Origin: Leptolyngbya sp. ES-bin-22 | Lineage (GTDB): Bacteria > Cyanobacteriota > Cyanobacteriia > Leptolyngbyales > Leptolyngbyaceae | NCBI GenBank assembly: GCA_014380065.1 | Contig: JACMKO010000015.1 | Coordinates: 1-62,612, forward strand | Direction of reading: 5' to 3' | DNA length: 62,612 nt | In this document: positions 37,041 to 46,890 of the stretch, piece after piece | Layout of the letters: each line of letters begins with the position of its first letter | Position numbering within the stretch: the first letter of the stretch is position 1 | Program-made: the position numbers and the translations under genes | The notes under the pieces: generated by a model | The model's database searches: none | What the model was told of the DNA's origin: nothing | What the model saw: only the letters and a program-made list of their open reading frames with translations

Positions 37041-38378
37041 ATGCCGGATACTCCATCAAGCTCAGCGTCTTCCAGCCGCAACCAAATGCTCGAAGATGCC
37101 TGGTTTCGCTTTGCAAAGTACGACAAAAATGCGTCCATTGCCCAAAAGCGCTTCATTCGACAACGACGCTGGATTCTGATCTTAGGTGTTGCAGCCACAA
37201 CACTGGGCGTTGCTTATTCTGTCGTTGAGAAAAACTTGGAGTCTCGCCAGTGGGTGTTACCAGAAGGCGTAGCACAAGATAAATTTCTGAGCCTTCTGCA
37301 CGTCCCAGTTCTAGTCGTGCCCATTCTGCTGGGTGTGCTGGTGGCGATTTCAGTCAAATTTAATATGGGCATCAGTTGGGTCATGCTGCGGAGCAGTGCT
37401 GAAGCCATCAAAAAGGAGATCTATCGCTACCGGATGCAGGTTGGGGAGTATGGCCCCGAGAAAAGCACTCCAGCCGAATCACGCGATGTCCATCTGGCAA
37501 GAACTCTGAAGCTAGTCAGCAAGCGGCTGATGGGAACCGCAGTCAACCAAACAGACCTTCTAGCCTATGAAGGGAGTCTTCCACCCAAGTACGGTACGCC
37601 CGATGGTGACAATGGGTTTAGCGACCTGACTGCTGAAGAGTACCTAGTCTTGCGAGTTGAAGACCAGTTTAACTACTACCAGAAAAAAGCCGCTCGGCTG
37701 GGTAAGGATGTGCGTCGCTTCCAACTCATGATCTTTCTCCTTAGCGCGGTGGGAACCTTGTTCGCTGGTCTGGGCTTTGATGTTTGGATCGCAGTCAGTA
37801 GTGCCCTTGCAGCCTCGGTGACAGCCTACCTGGAGTTTAGGCGAGTTGAAATAAATGTCGTTTTGTGCAATATCTCAGCGGCTGATTTGTATGATATTCG
37901 AGTTTGGTGGCACACCCTCTCGCCCGAAGCGAGAACTGAGAAAGGAAGCATCGAAACCCTGGTCATCAGCACAGAAGCCGTTTTGCAAGTAGAAAATGAA
38001 GGCTGGCTGCAAGAAATGCGCGAGGCACTCGCTGAAATCTATGGCGACAAGAAGGACAGAAACGCTCATGACGGCTACAAGCTGTTGGAGGGCGTTGATC
38101 CTGCTCTACAGCCAAGTGCGATCGCGAACCTTCCTACTCAAGACGCTTCTGCCACGCCTCCGTCAAAGGCAACGCTGAAGCCAGAAGCCAAGACCACGCT
38201 TGTCGAACCAACTGCTACGTCAGAACCTGCATCTTCACAGGCGGTTGATAGCGCTGCCGTACACGCTGAACCGACACCCTCTAAATCGACTGCCAACTTT
38301 GTGTCTGACCCTACAAAAGTAGTGGAGCCAGACAGCGCTGGAAACGTTTCAGACCCTACCGCTGAAGCTGTACGCTAG
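37041..38378 (+). CDS. DUF4231/SLATT membrane protein with two tandem 2-TM SLATT units and a disordered C-terminal tail
   Basis: Unit 1: YDKNASIAQKR-TM-TM-WVMLRSSAEAIKKEIYRY. Unit 2: YLVLRVEDQFNYYQKKA-TM-TM-...EAVLQVENEGW. Pro/Thr/Ser/Ala-rich tail. Confidence 0.83.
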   Translation: MPDTPSSSASSSRNQMLEDAWFRFAKYDKNASIAQKRFIRQRRWILILGVAATTLGVAYSVVEKNLESRQWVLPEGVAQDKFLSLLHVPVLVVPILLGVLVAISVKFNMGISWVMLRSSAEAIKKEIYRYRMQVGEYGPEKSTPAESRDVHLARTLKLVSKRLMGTAVNQTDLLAYEGSLPPKYGTPDGDNGFSDLTAEEYLVLRVEDQFNYYQKKAARLGKDVRRFQLMIFLLSAVGTLFAGLGFDVWIAVSSALAASVTAYLEFRRVEINVVLCNISAADLYDIRVWWHTLSPEARTEKGSIETLVISTEAVLQVENEGWLQEMREALAEIYGDKKDRNAHDGYKLLEGVDPALQPSAIANLPTQDASATPPSKATLKPEAKTTLVEPTATSEPASSQAVDSAAVHAEPTPSKSTANFVSDPTKVVEPDSAGNVSDPTAEAVR

Positions 38379-38381
38379 CGG

Positions 38382-40964
38382 TTATGTCTGTAGTTCTAGC
38401 GCTCTAAGCTGGTTTTGAATGCGATCGCGGTCGCTCATTGCCGGTTGAAAATCGGGCTTGATGGCTAGCGCTCGTTCTAGCGACTGCACAGCATCAGCAT
38501 ACTGCCTCAACTCGTAAAGCGATCGACCCCGCCAGTACCAAGCAGTATGGCTATCGGGCTGAATCTGAATGGCTCGCTCAAAGCAAGTAATCGCGTCTTG
38601 GTATCGCTTCAACCCGACAAACGCTCCCCCCAAGCAGCAGCAGATGTCAACATCATCTGGTCTTAATTGAAATGCCTGTTGGTAGGACGAAATGGCTTCC
38701 TCGTGTCGCTCTAACCCATACAGAACATTGCCTCGCCAGCGCCAAAGGTTGGCATCATCCGATCGCAACAACCGTGCCCGGTCATAGACGCTTAACGCTT
38801 CTGCATGACGCTTCTGCTTTTCCAGAGTGCGCCCTTCCTGTAGTAAGCGATCGTAATCATCGCTACTGGACACAGCAGTTGCACCAAGCTCGACGTGTGG
38901 CACCATGATTATGGTCTCCTCATCACGTCTCTCTGTTTTTGGAGCACTGACGATCGTTGCTTCCGGTGTGTCGGTCAGAACAACAGCAGCCATTGCCGTC
39001 AATTTGGGTTTACTGATGACGGTTTCTTCTGGTTGTAGCGATGCTACAGCGGCGATCGGCTCTGGTTCCAGATGAAGGCGACGCTTGTAGTCTTCAAGCA
39101 CTCCTTGAAGATGGTGCGCTTTGAGGTCAATGGCGGAGACTTCAGACTCATCTCTAGACGCAATAGTCGCATCGTCGTCGCCCGACAGCCCTGAGTCACC
39201 AGACTTGAGCTGTTGCATCACTCGCCTGCGCCCCTCCGCCGCCTCTTGAAAATCGGGCTTCAACTGCATCGCTCGATCGTAAGAGGCGATCGCGGCTTCT
39301 TGCTGATGCAGGCTTTCTAGCAGTCGTCCCCGGTCATACCACGCCCAGTAGTTCTCTGGCTGAAGCTGGACGACCTTATAGTATGAAGCAACCGCTTCTT
39401 CATAGCGGCGTAACTTTTCCAGGATGTTGCCCCGCTTGAACCACACAACATGGTCATCGGGCTGAATTTCGACCACTCGGTCATAGGCGAACACGGCTTC
39501 TTCATGGCGGTGCAAATTGTCCAGCGCCATGCCACGCATGAACCACGCCAATACGTCATCAGGATGCAGTGCAATCGCGCGCTCACAGGCTGACAACGCC
39601 TCATCGTAATGCTGAAGGTGATAGAGGGTGTCAACCCGCCGCAATTGGCTCAAAAGCTGCTTTCGGCTTTCGAGCGCCAGTTGAAAGTCGGGCTTTAGCT
39701 GTACCGCTCGATCATAAGAGGCAATGGCTGCATCAGGCTGCTGTAAATGTTCGAGCACTTGCCCTCGATCGTGCCATGCCCAGTAATTTTCTGGCTGGAG
39801 TTGCACGACACGCTCAAAGGATGCAAATGCTTCCTGATACTGCTGTAGCTGCACAAAAACGGAGCCGTGTTTGTACCACGCCAAATAATCATCCGGGTGG
39901 AGCTGTACCACGCGTTCGTACGACGCAGCGGCATCCTCGAAACGCTTCAGATTTTCCAGCGCCAGCCCTCGCTTAAACCACGCTACGTCATCGTCAGGCT
40001 TTGCTTGAATCACTCGATCGTAGGCAACAACGGCTTCCTTGTAGCGCTGACGTTGGAATAAATCATCACCCCGCTCTAACCAGGCAAGATGCCCATCGAA
40101 ACTGATGATGGTCGGTTCGGCAAGTACAGAGGCAACGGTTGCAGTCCGTGTGAGCGATCGCAGTGCCTCAAGCGCTTCTGTCGCAGACTCATAGCGCTGG
40201 CGAAAGTCGTAGCGCACCATTGTGTCGAGAATGTTGGCAAAGTCTGGACTGACCTGCACCTGATCGCGCCAGATAATTTCGCTGGTCTTTGGATCTTCCC
40301 TCAGCTTTTTGGGATAAATACCTGTCAAGCACTGAATGCCCATCATGCCAACCGCGTAGACATCACTGCTAAAGCGCGGTTTGCCTGCCAACTGCTCATT
40401 TGGCATGTAGCCAGAAGAGCCGACCGCGATCGTGATACTGGCTTCATGCGGATCGAGTACCTGTGCCCCAATTTGTTTGACCGCTCCAAAATCGATCAAA
40501 AACAGACGTTGATCGCTCTTTTGCCGGATTAAGTTGGAAGGCTTAATGTCGCGATGCACCACCTGCTGCTGATGCACAAACTCCAGGACAGCCAAAAGAT
40601 CCTGTAGCAAGTGAATGACATCCATTTCACTGAATTGAGGTTGGAGCTTGAGTGCTTGGCTCAGCACCTGCCCTTCAATAAACTCCTGCACTAGGTAGAA
40701 GTCTTGCGCTTCCTCAAAGTGAGCGAACAGCCTAGGAATTTGCTCATGACTACCCAGCGCGTACAGCACTTCTGCTTCCGTATCAAATAGTCGCCCTGCC
40801 GCTTGCAGCGCTTCCGGGTCGCTCATTCTAGGCTTGAGCTGCTTGACAACGCATTGGGGCTTGCCAGGGAGATGTAAATCACTAGCCAAATACGTCTGTC
40901 CAAACCCGCCGCCACCTAAGTGACTGATAATCTGGTAACGTCCCCCAAGGATTCTGCCCAGCAT
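38382..40964 (-). CDS. Hanks-type Ser/Thr protein kinase with multiple TPR repeats
   Basis: LGGGGFGQTY, VVKQL, HRDIKPSN, DFGAVK, GYMPNEQ; many AW..RG..L..L.RYEEA.ASY.RA.Q..PD repeats in two blocks. Confidence 0.95.
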   Translation of the reverse strand: MLGRILGGRYQIISHLGGGGFGQTYLASDLHLPGKPQCVVKQLKPRMSDPEALQAAGRLFDTEAEVLYALGSHEQIPRLFAHFEEAQDFYLVQEFIEGQVLSQALKLQPQFSEMDVIHLLQDLLAVLEFVHQQQVVHRDIKPSNLIRQKSDQRLFLIDFGAVKQIGAQVLDPHEASITIAVGSSGYMPNEQLAGKPRFSSDVYAVGMMGIQCLTGIYPKKLREDPKTSEIIWRDQVQVSPDFANILDTMVRYDFRQRYESATEALEALRSLTRTATVASVLAEPTIISFDGHLAWLERGDDLFQRQRYKEAVVAYDRVIQAKPDDDVAWFKRGLALENLKRFEDAAASYERVVQLHPDDYLAWYKHGSVFVQLQQYQEAFASFERVVQLQPENYWAWHDRGQVLEHLQQPDAAIASYDRAVQLKPDFQLALESRKQLLSQLRRVDTLYHLQHYDEALSACERAIALHPDDVLAWFMRGMALDNLHRHEEAVFAYDRVVEIQPDDHVVWFKRGNILEKLRRYEEAVASYYKVVQLQPENYWAWYDRGRLLESLHQQEAAIASYDRAMQLKPDFQEAAEGRRRVMQQLKSGDSGLSGDDDATIASRDESEVSAIDLKAHHLQGVLEDYKRRLHLEPEPIAAVASLQPEETVISKPKLTAMAAVVLTDTPEATIVSAPKTERRDEETIIMVPHVELGATAVSSSDDYDRLLQEGRTLEKQKRHAEALSVYDRARLLRSDDANLWRWRGNVLYGLERHEEAISSYQQAFQLRPDDVDICCCLGGAFVGLKRYQDAITCFERAIQIQPDSHTAWYWRGRSLYELRQYADAVQSLERALAIKPDFQPAMSDRDRIQNQLRALELQT

Positions 40965-41468
40965 AGGTTATGAAAGCTTCAGAGTGTCAAAAACTGCCTG
41001 ATGATGACTCAGGGGGAGTCTTTCATCATTAGTAACAGTTTCAACGACTCATCATCATCCGTAGCCATTCCAGCTTGTTCTTAGATTTATAGTAAAGCTG
41101 CCTCGTGAGCTACGAAAATTCACCTAAACGGCTTTACACACCTTGAAATGGTAACCGCAGGCGGAATCGCCTACGCCAATCTCATCAGCTAAAGTTCGTG
41201 AGAGAAGTCGTGCGGTTCTGAAACAGCCATTGGCTGTAAGCTGATGAGTCACCCCATGCGAAGCGTCACCGAAGGGGCGTTTGAGTGAGATAGCCTCTGT
41301 TCTGCAACTGCTACCAGCACGTTTAGAGAGAGCTGTGCTTCAAATGTTTGGGCGGCACGCGGTGGGGACATCACATGTAACGTCCCTGCAAAAAATATCC
41401 CTACAAGAGATGAACAGCATGTCTAGCAGTCACTCTAGAGAGCAACTGCTACTTTACGACAACAAGCC

Positions 41469-41879
41469 TTAACCAGGCACCTGAGTCATCAGCGACTCTA
41501 GCCAAGGCTGAAACTGGTCGCGGCGGAAGACTTGTGCTCGGCGGCGGTAGTCGAACCGAAGTAAGCTAGGGATGCCATGCTTGCGAACGCATTCCTTCAA
41601 CCAGGATGCAACGCCTTGACCTTCCTCAGGTACCATCTCGGCTTGAAAGGGACCGTACATTAAAACCAACATGCTATGCGCTTGCAGAGGGGCATCGCGT
41701 TCAATTAAGCTGGTCAAACTTGGGTGCGCTGAACGGGATTGACTTGCCATCTTCACTTCAGTGTCTTCTCGGCTAACGCGCTCTCGTAGCGTTCTTGTCA
41801 TCTCGCGCTGTGCTGTGGATGCACTGTATGCCTGATCTAAGTCAGTGTTAGGCTGGCGACGAACTCGTCTCTGGGTCAT
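41469..41879 (-). CDS. Hypothetical protein
   Basis: 136-aa ATG ORF with AGGAG SD (aaactcct at 41881-41888 on + strand); no family recognised. Confidence 0.65.
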   Translation of the reverse strand: MTQRRVRRQPNTDLDQAYSASTAQREMTRTLRERVSREDTEVKMASQSRSAHPSLTSLIERDAPLQAHSMLVLMYGPFQAEMVPEEGQGVASWLKECVRKHGIPSLLRFDYRRRAQVFRRDQFQPWLESLMTQVPG

Positions 41880-42325
41880 AAAACTCCTAATTTTGAATGG
41901 ATTAAAGCAACCGAGCTTTTCCTCCCTTTCAATTTGCAGAGTGTATGAGGAGGATTAACTGGTTGACAAAGCTTAACGAAGCTATTCGCTCTATGAGCAA
42001 TCTGCTTACCTAGATAGTAACTATTTTTTACTTAGGCGGCAATTTCCTGAGCCAACGACGCTTAATTTGTGGTATCAACAGCAAGTGGTTGCAAAGTTAA
42101 CGTCCCCAATGTCGCTCTTGCAAGTCAGTTGTACTCACCGCTTGACTAGCCATGACGCATGAACACCTAAACTTTGTTAATTATTGTAAGCAAAACTCTG
42201 TGGGGTACACACTTGGCATTTCCCTCAAGGCGGCTCAGCCTTGAGTCAGCTTAGAAGGATACAGTTTTTTGGTTTCTGATCAGTTAGGTTGAGTAATCCC
42301 ATTTTTGTAAGTGAACGGTAGCACT

Positions 42326-43462
42326 ATGACTGTCTGCGAATATAGGGCAGGTCTAGAAGGTATTCCCGCAACTCAGTCCAGCATCAGTTTTGTTGATGGA
42401 CAGCGAGGAGTTTTAGAGTATCGCGGCATTGCCATTGAAGAATTAGCTGCTAAGGGAAATTTTCTGGAGACGGCATACCTTCTTATCTGGGGCGATTTGC
42501 CAACAGAAGAAGAGCTGGAGTTGTTTGAGCACGAAATTACCTATCATCGGCGACTCAAATACCGGATTCGCGACATGATGAAGTGCTTTCCTGAAAGCGG
42601 TCATCCGATGGATGCCCTGCAAGCTTGTGCAGCTGCGTTAGGGTTGTTTTACTCTCGTCGTGCGCTTGATGATCCAACGTATATTCGGGCGGCTGTGGTC
42701 AGGCTTTTAGCAAAGATTCCAACGATGGTGGCTGCGTTTCAACTGATGCGCAAGGGGAATGACCCGGTGCAGCCCCGGGATGATTTGGGCTACGCGGCAA
42801 ATTTCCTCTACATGCTGAATGAACGAGAGCCAGACCCCTTTCCGGCACGCATTTTTGACGTGTGCTTGATGCTGCACGCAGAGCATACGATTAATGCGTC
42901 TACCTTTTCAGCATTGGTGACGGCTTCTACATTGACCGATCCTTATGCAGTAGTGGCTTCTGCTGTTGGCACCCTGGCTGGTCCGCTACATGGTGGAGCC
43001 AATGAGGAAGTGATTTTGATGCTGGAGGAGATTGGCACCGTTGAGAATGTGCGCCCCTGGCTGGAGAAGCAGCTCGCCCAAAAAGGTAAAATCATGGGCT
43101 TTGGTCATCGTGTCTATAAGGTAAAAGATCCGCGTGCGACAATCTTGCAGCAGCTTGCAGAGCAACTGTTTGAGAAGTACGGGCGCGATGAGTACTACGA
43201 TGTGGCGGTTGAGCTTGAGCAAGCAGTGGAGGAGAATCTGGGGCACAAGGGTATTTATCCCAATGTGGATTTCTATTCTGGTCTGGTTTATCGCAAGTTA
43301 GGGATTCCGGCTGACTTGTTCACGCCTGTTTTTGCCATTTCCCGTACGGCTGGTTGGCTGGCACACTGGAAAGAGCAGCTCAATGAGAACCGAATTTTTC
43401 GCCCAACCCAAATTTATACTGGGCTGCATGAAGCGGCGTATGTACCGATCGCAAAGCGTTAG
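42326..43462 (+). CDS. gltA: Citrate synthase
   Basis: GLEGI, LEYRG, HPMD, LHAEHTINASTF, GPLHGGAN, MGFGHRVYK..DPR, PNVDFYSG, IFRP. Confidence 0.97.
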   Translation: MTVCEYRAGLEGIPATQSSISFVDGQRGVLEYRGIAIEELAAKGNFLETAYLLIWGDLPTEEELELFEHEITYHRRLKYRIRDMMKCFPESGHPMDALQACAAALGLFYSRRALDDPTYIRAAVVRLLAKIPTMVAAFQLMRKGNDPVQPRDDLGYAANFLYMLNEREPDPFPARIFDVCLMLHAEHTINASTFSALVTASTLTDPYAVVASAVGTLAGPLHGGANEEVILMLEEIGTVENVRPWLEKQLAQKGKIMGFGHRVYKVKDPRATILQQLAEQLFEKYGRDEYYDVAVELEQAVEENLGHKGIYPNVDFYSGLVYRKLGIPADLFTPVFAISRTAGWLAHWKEQLNENRIFRPTQIYTGLHEAAYVPIAKR

Positions 43463-43587
43463 AGGGACGATCGCGCTTCTTTGTAGGTAAAGCATATTTT
43501 TGTGCGTGTGCGTGATGGGCGGCACCCCTCTTGCCTTCTAGCGAGACTCTTGTCAACATGATGCAAGTGACGATTTTCAGGAACTCC

Positions 43588-43620
43588 AGCCCTCAAGACC
43601 TTGGTTTTGAGGGCTTCTTT
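43588..43620 (+). terminator. Probable terminator hairpin downstream of gltA
   Basis: AGCCCTCAAGACC-TT-GGTTTTGAGGGCT-TCTTT. Confidence 0.55.
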
Positions 43621-43939
43621 ATTGGTCAAGCGAGATCAGGTAAGGCGCATGGGGCAATTCGAGGTGGCTTCAGTGCTAGCCAAGCACATGTATAGCTGTT
43701 AGCTAACTGGTTTCCTTATGCTCTAATACCGTATTTATCTATAGCTTTTTTCGATCGTGCGGCAGCAATCCAGAGATATACTAAGGACGCACAGCAATGT
43801 AACAACCCTGTTACTAAGAGACAGGCTGACGTGATGTTTCAAGTTGGCGCGATCGCTCTAGCTTCATCGGAAGCCGCTTGTAACGTTGGGTTGACTGTCA
43901 ACAACAATTTACTGAGTGACGACTCAAATCAGGTAAGCG

Positions 43940-45058
43940 ATGAACTCAGGCATAGACTTACAGGACGTTTTTATCCAGTCCCTGACCGATCTGGGACTCC
44001 CTACAGGCGCTGCGAAAGCGATCTGGATGCCCCTACCGATGCTGCTGATGCTAGTGAGTGCCACAGTGGGCGTACTGGTGGTTGTGTGGTTAGAGCGGAA
44101 GATTTCGGCGGCTGCACAGCAACGGATTGGTCCTGAATACATTGGACCACTGGGCGTACTGGCACCCGTGGCAGATGGCTTGAAGCTGGTTTTCAAAGAA
44201 GACGTGGTGCCAGCGAACTCGGATGCGTTGCTGTTTACGCTGGGACCCGTCATTGTGGTCATTCCCGTTTTTCTGTCGTACCTGATTGTGCCGTTTGGTC
44301 AAAATCTGGTGGTGACGGATGTGGGGATGGGCGTGTTCTTGTGGATTGCGTTGTCAAGCGTGGCTCCGATCGGTCTGTTGATGTCGGGCTATGCCTCAAA
44401 CAACAAGTATTCCTTGCTGGGCGGTCTGCGGGCAGCGGCTCAATCAATTAGCTACGAAATACCGCTGGCGCTTTCGGTGCTGGCGATCGCGATGATGTCG
44501 AATTCGCTTAGTACGATCGATATTGTGCAGCAGCAGTCTGGCTACGGCATTTTGGGCTGGAACATTTGGCGGCAGCCAGTCGGGTTTGTCATTTTTTGGA
44601 TTGCGGTCTTGGCGGAATGTGAGCGGATGCCGTTTGACTTGCCAGAAGCTGAGGAGGAGCTAGTAGCAGGCTATCAAACAGAATATTCTGGGATGAAGTT
44701 TGCACTTTTTTACTTAGGCTCTTACGTCAACCTGGTGCTGTCTGCGCTGCTGGTGGCTGTGCTTTATCTGGGCGGCTGGGATTTTCCGATCCCATTGACG
44801 CTGGTTGCAGATGTGCTGGGCATTGATGAGTTCAATCCGGTTTTTCAGATTATTACGGCTTCGCTGGGCATTACGATGACCGTGCTCAAGGCTTACTTGC
44901 TTGTTTTTCTGGCGATTTTGCTGCGCTGGACAGTGCCCCGTGTTCGTATTGACCAGTTGCTCGATTTGGGCTGGAAATTTCTGTTGCCCATCTCGTTGGT
45001 TAACCTACTGTTGACGGCGGCGCTCAAACTTGCATTCCCGTTCGCTTTTGGTGGCTGA
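43940..45058 (+). CDS. ndhA: NAD(P)H-quinone oxidoreductase subunit 1
   Basis: [66 protein letters not shown]. Confidence 0.98.
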   Translation: MNSGIDLQDVFIQSLTDLGLPTGAAKAIWMPLPMLLMLVSATVGVLVVVWLERKISAAAQQRIGPEYIGPLGVLAPVADGLKLVFKEDVVPANSDALLFTLGPVIVVIPVFLSYLIVPFGQNLVVTDVGMGVFLWIALSSVAPIGLLMSGYASNNKYSLLGGLRAAAQSISYEIPLALSVLAIAMMSNSLSTIDIVQQQSGYGILGWNIWRQPVGFVIFWIAVLAECERMPFDLPEAEEELVAGYQTEYSGMKFALFYLGSYVNLVLSALLVAVLYLGGWDFPIPLTLVADVLGIDEFNPVFQIITASLGITMTVLKAYLLVFLAILLRWTVPRVRIDQLLDLGWKFLLPISLVNLLLTAALKLAFPFAFGG

Positions 45059-45154
45059 GTCCAAAAGGATTAAGGATTAAGGCTCAAGGCTAAAACATGA
45101 GTCGTGCCCTTCATTCTTTACCGTTCATCCTTTATCCTTTCAAGAAGAGTTCTT

Positions 45155-45736
45155 ATGCTGAAGTTCCTCAAGCAAGTCAGTGACTATACCAAAGAAACGG
45201 TTCAGGCTGCAAAGTACATTGGTCAGGGGCTAGCAGTCACTTTTGATCACATGCAGCGCCGCCCGGTAACGGTGCAGTATCCTTACGAAAAGCTGATTCC
45301 TTCAGAACGCTTTCGGGGACGCATTCACTTTGAATTTGACAAGTGCATTTCGTGTGAGGTCTGCGTTCGGGTTTGCCCGATTAACCTGCCCGTTGTGGAC
45401 TGGGAGTTCAATCCTGAGACGAAGAAGAAGAAGCTCAACCACTACAGTATTGATTTTGGCGTGTGCATTTTCTGCGGCAACTGCGTGGAATATTGCCCCA
45501 CTAACTGTTTGTCGATGACTGAAGAATACGAGCTTGCAGCGTACGATCGCCACGAACTCAACTACGACAGCGTAGCGCTCGGTCGCTTGCCCTACAAAGT
45601 CACGGAAGATCCAATGGTGACACCATTACGAGAGTTTGCTTACTTGCCAAAGGGCGTAATTGAACCACATGGTTTGCCAGGGGGTGCGAAGCGGTCAGGT
45701 TCGCGCCCCGAAGACATTGTAGAGACGGAGAAATAG
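45155..45736 (+). CDS. ndhI: NAD(P)H-quinone oxidoreductase subunit I
   Basis: Start MLKFLKQV; [32 protein letters not shown]. Confidence 0.98.
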   Translation: MLKFLKQVSDYTKETVQAAKYIGQGLAVTFDHMQRRPVTVQYPYEKLIPSERFRGRIHFEFDKCISCEVCVRVCPINLPVVDWEFNPETKKKKLNHYSIDFGVCIFCGNCVEYCPTNCLSMTEEYELAAYDRHELNYDSVALGRLPYKVTEDPMVTPLREFAYLPKGVIEPHGLPGGAKRSGSRPEDIVETEK

Positions 45737-45835
45737 CGGTCAGCCGTCAGCCATCAGCGCTTAGTTGGGGGGCAATCCTTGCCTAAGCACTGAACGCTGG
45801 ATGCTGATCGTTCCTACTTAAGGAGACTAATCACT

Positions 45836-46480
45836 GTGAATTTAGCCGAAGGCGTTCAGCTCGTTTCGTTTGGTCTATTGTCTCTGATGGCGATCGGGGC
45901 GGCACTAGGCGTTGTCTTGCTGCCAAATATTGTGTATTCAGCGTTTTTGCTGGGCGGTGTGTTTATTAGCATTGCCGGACTGTACCTGTTGCTGAATGCT
46001 GATTTTGTGGCAACGGCTCAGGTCTTGATTTACGTGGGCGCAGTCAACGTGCTCATTCTATTTGCCATCATGCTGGTAAACAAGCGGCAAGACTTTGCGG
46101 CCATTCCACGAACCTGGATTCGGCGCGGTGCAACCGCTTTGGTCTGTTCGGGACTGTTTGCGCTGTTGAGTATCATGGTCGTGTCTACACCCTGGTCGTT
46201 TTCAACCGGGATTGCAGCGGGTAATAGCTCGATCGTCACCATTGGCAAACATTTCTTTACTGATTTTCTGCTGCCGTTTGAGCTGGCATCGGTGCTACTG
46301 CTAATGGCGCTGATTGGAGCCATCATTCTGGCGCGACGTGAACTCCTGCCAGACGACTCAGTGGCAGAACTCCAGCAGCCTGCGCTGACATTGCCGGAGC
46401 GCCCACGCGAGTTGATTTCGGTTGGGGCAGGTGCTCCAGAACGAACGATCGCGCAATCGCTTTCTGATCAGAACAACTAG
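45836..46480 (+). CDS. ndhG: NAD(P)H-quinone oxidoreductase subunit 6
   Basis: MNLAEGVQ, NIVYSAFLL, QVLIYVGAVNVLILFAIMLV, LLPFELASVLLL. Confidence 0.97.
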   Translation: MNLAEGVQLVSFGLLSLMAIGAALGVVLLPNIVYSAFLLGGVFISIAGLYLLLNADFVATAQVLIYVGAVNVLILFAIMLVNKRQDFAAIPRTWIRRGATALVCSGLFALLSIMVVSTPWSFSTGIAAGNSSIVTIGKHFFTDFLLPFELASVLLLMALIGAIILARRELLPDDSVAELQQPALTLPERPRELISVGAGAPERTIAQSLSDQNN

Positions 46481-46507
46481 GTAGCCAGAATTACTAGATA
46501 GGTAGCC

Positions 46508-46813
46508 ATGCAACTTCAATACTTTCTGATCTTGGCAGCAGCACTATTTTGCATCGGTATTTTTGGTTTAATCACCAGTCGTAATGCGGTACGTGTGCTG
46601 ATGTCAATCGAATTGATGCTGAATGCGGTTAATCTCAACCTGATGGCATTCTCAAACTATTTGGATGCTCAGGATATTAAAGGGCAGGTGTTTACAACGT
46701 TTGTGATTGCGATCGCTGCGGCTGAAGCTGCTGTTGGGTTGGCGATCGTGCTTGCCATTTACCGCAATCGCGACACGGTTGATATGGAACAATTCAATCT
46801 GCTGAAGTGGTAG
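46508..46813 (+). CDS. ndhE: NAD(P)H-quinone oxidoreductase subunit 4L
   Basis: [37 protein letters not shown]. Confidence 0.97.
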   Translation: MQLQYFLILAAALFCIGIFGLITSRNAVRVLMSIELMLNAVNLNLMAFSNYLDAQDIKGQVFTTFVIAIAAAEAAVGLAIVLAIYRNRDTVDMEQFNLLKW

Positions 46814-46890
46814 CTTTAGGTGGTTAGTCGTTAGTTGTGAAGCGACTGAACGGCTAACCACCACCAACTAACATCTAAAAACTGTTCAAC

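Noticed and set aside
41238-41280. CTGATGAG as a possible hammerhead ribozyme core
   Set aside because: No stem II closed before a GAAA, and no stem I/III pairing found.
43799-43814. GTAACA-N4-TGTTAC palindrome upstream of ndhA as an NtcA site
   Set aside because: Spacing is GTA-N10-TAC, not N8. It could be another operator but there is no support.
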